Notes under the pieces: model-generated
The model's input: the letters and a program-made list of their open reading frames with translations, nothing else
What the model was told of the DNA's origin: nothing
The model's database searches: none
Position numbers and translations under genes: made by a program
Shown here: piece by piece, positions 58,231-64,000 of the stretch
Layout of the letters: every line of letters begins with the position of its first letter
Numbering within the stretch: the stretch's first letter is position 1
NCBI GenBank assembly: GCA_963693365.1
Contig: CAVNZM010000009.1
Coordinates: 1,056,231 to 1,120,230 of the forward strand
Reading direction: 5' to 3'
Source: Amoebidium appalachense
Lineage: Eukaryota > Protista > Ichthyosporea
DNA length: 64,000 nucleotides

Positions 58231-59310
58231 ATGGCTGTTGCAGTAGCTACAATGCCTACCCCTGTTGTGGGTGAGGTGGTGGTTGACAAGCACCGCTATA
58301 ACTGCATCAAGAAGCTCAACACGGGCAAGTATGCCACTGTTTACGAAGCTGTAGATATGGAAACGGGTAGCAAGGTTGCTCTGAAGAAGGTCAAGCGAAC
58401 TGACGCTATGACAACGAGTCTGAAACGCGAGTTTGACATTCAGCGACTTGCCAAGCACCCAAACATCGCTGGCGCCCTGACTTTCCGCACAAGCAGCAAT
58501 CACATCTATATGGCACAGGAGCTTCTGCCTGGCGGAGACATGTTTGATATCGTCGTCTCGTCGAAAAACACGCGCGGTTTTAGCCTTCGACAGGTGCTAA
58601 AATGGATGAGGGGCGTGCTTTCAGCACTGCACTTTCTCCACAGCAACGGCTACGTCCACGGTGACATCAAGCTCGAGAACATCGGGTTGACGGCAGATAT
58701 GGACGTTAAGCTGCTTGATTTTGGCTTTGCCTGCAAGGTGGACGAGGCTACGGGCTCGGCGGTCGGAACGAAGGAATACATGTCTCCGGAGCTACTTCAG
58801 AAGGGCCGGGCGAATGTTGACGTTACGAAGGTAGACATTTGGGCAGCCGGAATTCTCTTCTACTGCCTCCTGTCTGCTTGCCAAAGCAGATATCTTTTTC
58901 CCTGGGATAGCGCACGCACCTCGGACTCCTCCTACGCGCACTATAGCAAGGAACGTTTCTCAGGCAAGGATTCACCCTTTTCCAAGCGCTGCCTGTCTGA
59001 CACTGCCGTGACGTTTTTGCTCGAAAATATGCTCGAAGTTGACCCTGCTAAGCGCTGCACAGCTGCTGAAGCACTGTATTTTCTCGAAACCGAAATTATA
59101 CGAATGGAAAACGAAGCTCCCGCGTCACAGTCGACTAGGCCGACTACCCCCGTCGGCAGCACCACCGTAACACCCACGAGCAGCGTTGATGTTCTGCGTG
59201 TGCCTCTCAGCCCGAAGAGGGCAAGAACGGATAGCACGTCCTCTAGCTCGTCTGCATCAGCAGAGGTGCGTGCTAGCGAGCCAGAGCACAAGAAGTTGCG
59301 CGTGGCTTGA
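58231..59310 (+). CDS. Intronless Ser/Thr protein kinase (~359 aa; possible upstream in-frame start at 58138)
   Basis: VALK, helix-C Glu (LKREF), HPNI, HGDIKLEN, DFG, GTKEYMSPE, DIWAAG and DPAKR are present. The G-loop is degenerate (NTGKYA). The Ser/Thr-rich tail has basic NLS-like PKRAR and HKKLR. Confidence 0.93.
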   Translation: MAVAVATMPTPVVGEVVVDKHRYNCIKKLNTGKYATVYEAVDMETGSKVALKKVKRTDAMTTSLKREFDIQRLAKHPNIAGALTFRTSSNHIYMAQELLPGGDMFDIVVSSKNTRGFSLRQVLKWMRGVLSALHFLHSNGYVHGDIKLENIGLTADMDVKLLDFGFACKVDEATGSAVGTKEYMSPELLQKGRANVDVTKVDIWAAGILFYCLLSACQSRYLFPWDSARTSDSSYAHYSKERFSGKDSPFSKRCLSDTAVTFLLENMLEVDPAKRCTAAEALYFLETEIIRMENEAPASQSTRPTTPVGSTTVTPTSSVDVLRVPLSPKRARTDSTSSSSSASAEVRASEPEHKKLRVA

Positions 59311-59723
59311 GTTGGTAGTTTGTTTTTTGATATATATTGTAGGTTACGATAATGTTGTCTTGAGCTGTCAAGGTTGGGTAAAGGCTTTGTAAATTCGTGT
59401 AATTAGCCCAGATTGTTTGTTCTGTAGCACCTTTTGATAGAGCAAGTACTGTAATCACGATCAAGACGAGTAATATGACTGAAGGAACACGGTATGAGCA
59501 CCATGACTGAAGGAATTGATATACTCTAACTGAAATTATTAGCCAGACTTAATGTCTGGAACAAGCGAAGGACCACAGTCTGTGCTGGTCACAGGAAAGC
59601 CTCAATTAGAGGTATGTAAAGTCAACAAAAACAGTAAAATTAACTGAAGACATCAGTCAAGTGCGTGTGTTAAAGGTGCGGTGGTGATGGTTGGGGGGGG
59701 GGGAGGGGGAGGTATTTCGTTTT

Positions 59724-59755
<32 letters not shown>

Positions 59756-60842
59756 GGGGAGGGGGGAGGGGAGGCGGGGGGTCATTTCGATGCAATCACT
59801 GAAATGGCGTGGACGTACGGTCTTCTCATTCTTGTATGTCAAGTGAATAGGCTGTGTGTGTGGGCCTACATGTCGGCTATAGCTAAGTGAATATGCACAT
59901 TAGTTTAGATGTGCGCTCCATTGCACCTCTGTGCCCATATTGAAAATTCAACATGGTCGAGCCATATATGGTCATGTTTAAGCGGGTTGTGTTTTTCCCA
60001 AAACGGTTCACCTTATAATTATTTTTCGAATTCATATAACAAAGTAGCCGGCCTGCGGTCGATCACAATGAATGGCGATGTGCAATTATGATGATGATCG
60101 AAGCCGTGTATATTGACTACACCAAAGGGGGGGGGGGGGGGGGGGGGGGGGAGGCAGCGGTAGTGGTGGTGGGGGTGGGTTGGGTTTGGGGGCCGGGGAG
60201 GGGGGGGGGGGGGGGGGGGAGGAACTGCTCACGCCACTCAAAGCAGCCTGATTAGAAAAAACCAACTAGTGGTATGTTGAAGCTGGGGCGTAGGTTGTAT
60301 TTTCAAACCTAGAAAACAGTGCGCACACACTTGTAGCTTCGGAGGTAAATATAACCCGTATGTACCACCATGCATGCTGATCTGTGCATATCAGATTACG
60401 TAATACGGTATGTGCTGCACATATGCTACTGAAGGGCTTAATAAACGGCGAGAAGCGATCAACTATTTTTCAAGGCAGAAACCATGTCGAAGCAAACATT
60501 TATTGATAATGGCTACTATATGGGCAATAACCAGAAAAGGTGCAATTTTTCATTCTCTTTCGTTCCATACGTAATAGATAGATACACACGGTTGTCATCC
60601 ACGTGTGTGAGTGTTATGAAGTGTACACAAACAAAGAAACTAGTACACATGACATGTTAATGAGTCGTTTCAGTGACACGTGTGCACAGGTACACAAGGA
60701 ACAACAGTCTAATGAATAGTAGAGATTATCATTCGTCATATCTAAAAGCCAGAAAGTTCCGGCAAACAAATACGAGAAAGCAAAACAAATCAAAGTAAAA
60801 TGGGAAATAATCCACCACCAATCAATGAAATAGTTAATTAAA

Positions 60843-63860
<3,018 letters not shown>

Positions 63861-64000
63861 CTGATTGGAGGTAAATCATGAGATTGGGGGTGTGCGGAAT
63901 GTTTATGGAAACAGTGAGATGGGAGGTGCAAACACGTCGTATCGAAAGCTGGAGTTTTTGATAAAAAGTAAAAAGGTATTTCTGAACGGAAAACATGACA

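Overview
Eukaryotic, intron-rich DNA saturated with (CA/TG)n microsatellites and poly-C/poly-G tracts; most ORF-track entries are artefacts of these repeats. The gene set suggests a unicellular opisthokont such as an ichthyosporean (inference only). Genes reconstructed by hand from splice phases: GAR1 (-), a divergent Dam1-like gene with a winged-helix-like C-terminus (+), a ~7.7-kb intronless locus with 30 C2H2 zinc fingers broken by 3 frame breaks (-), a disrupted F-box/LRR gene (-), a 10-exon TBC1D7 (+), an intronless Ser/Thr kinase (+), the last four exons of a hexokinase (-), and a possible small secreted protein. Two minor-spliceosome (U12) introns are present: GT-AG in GAR1 and AT-AC in Dam1. 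Repeats include a MITE, several minisatellites, and a dispersed ~280-400 bp family with at least 8 copies or fragments. Copies of that family keep covarying helices and the three hammerhead-ribozyme core strands in an order that is not a circular permutation of the known types. This is the best candidate for an undescribed system, but it is untested.
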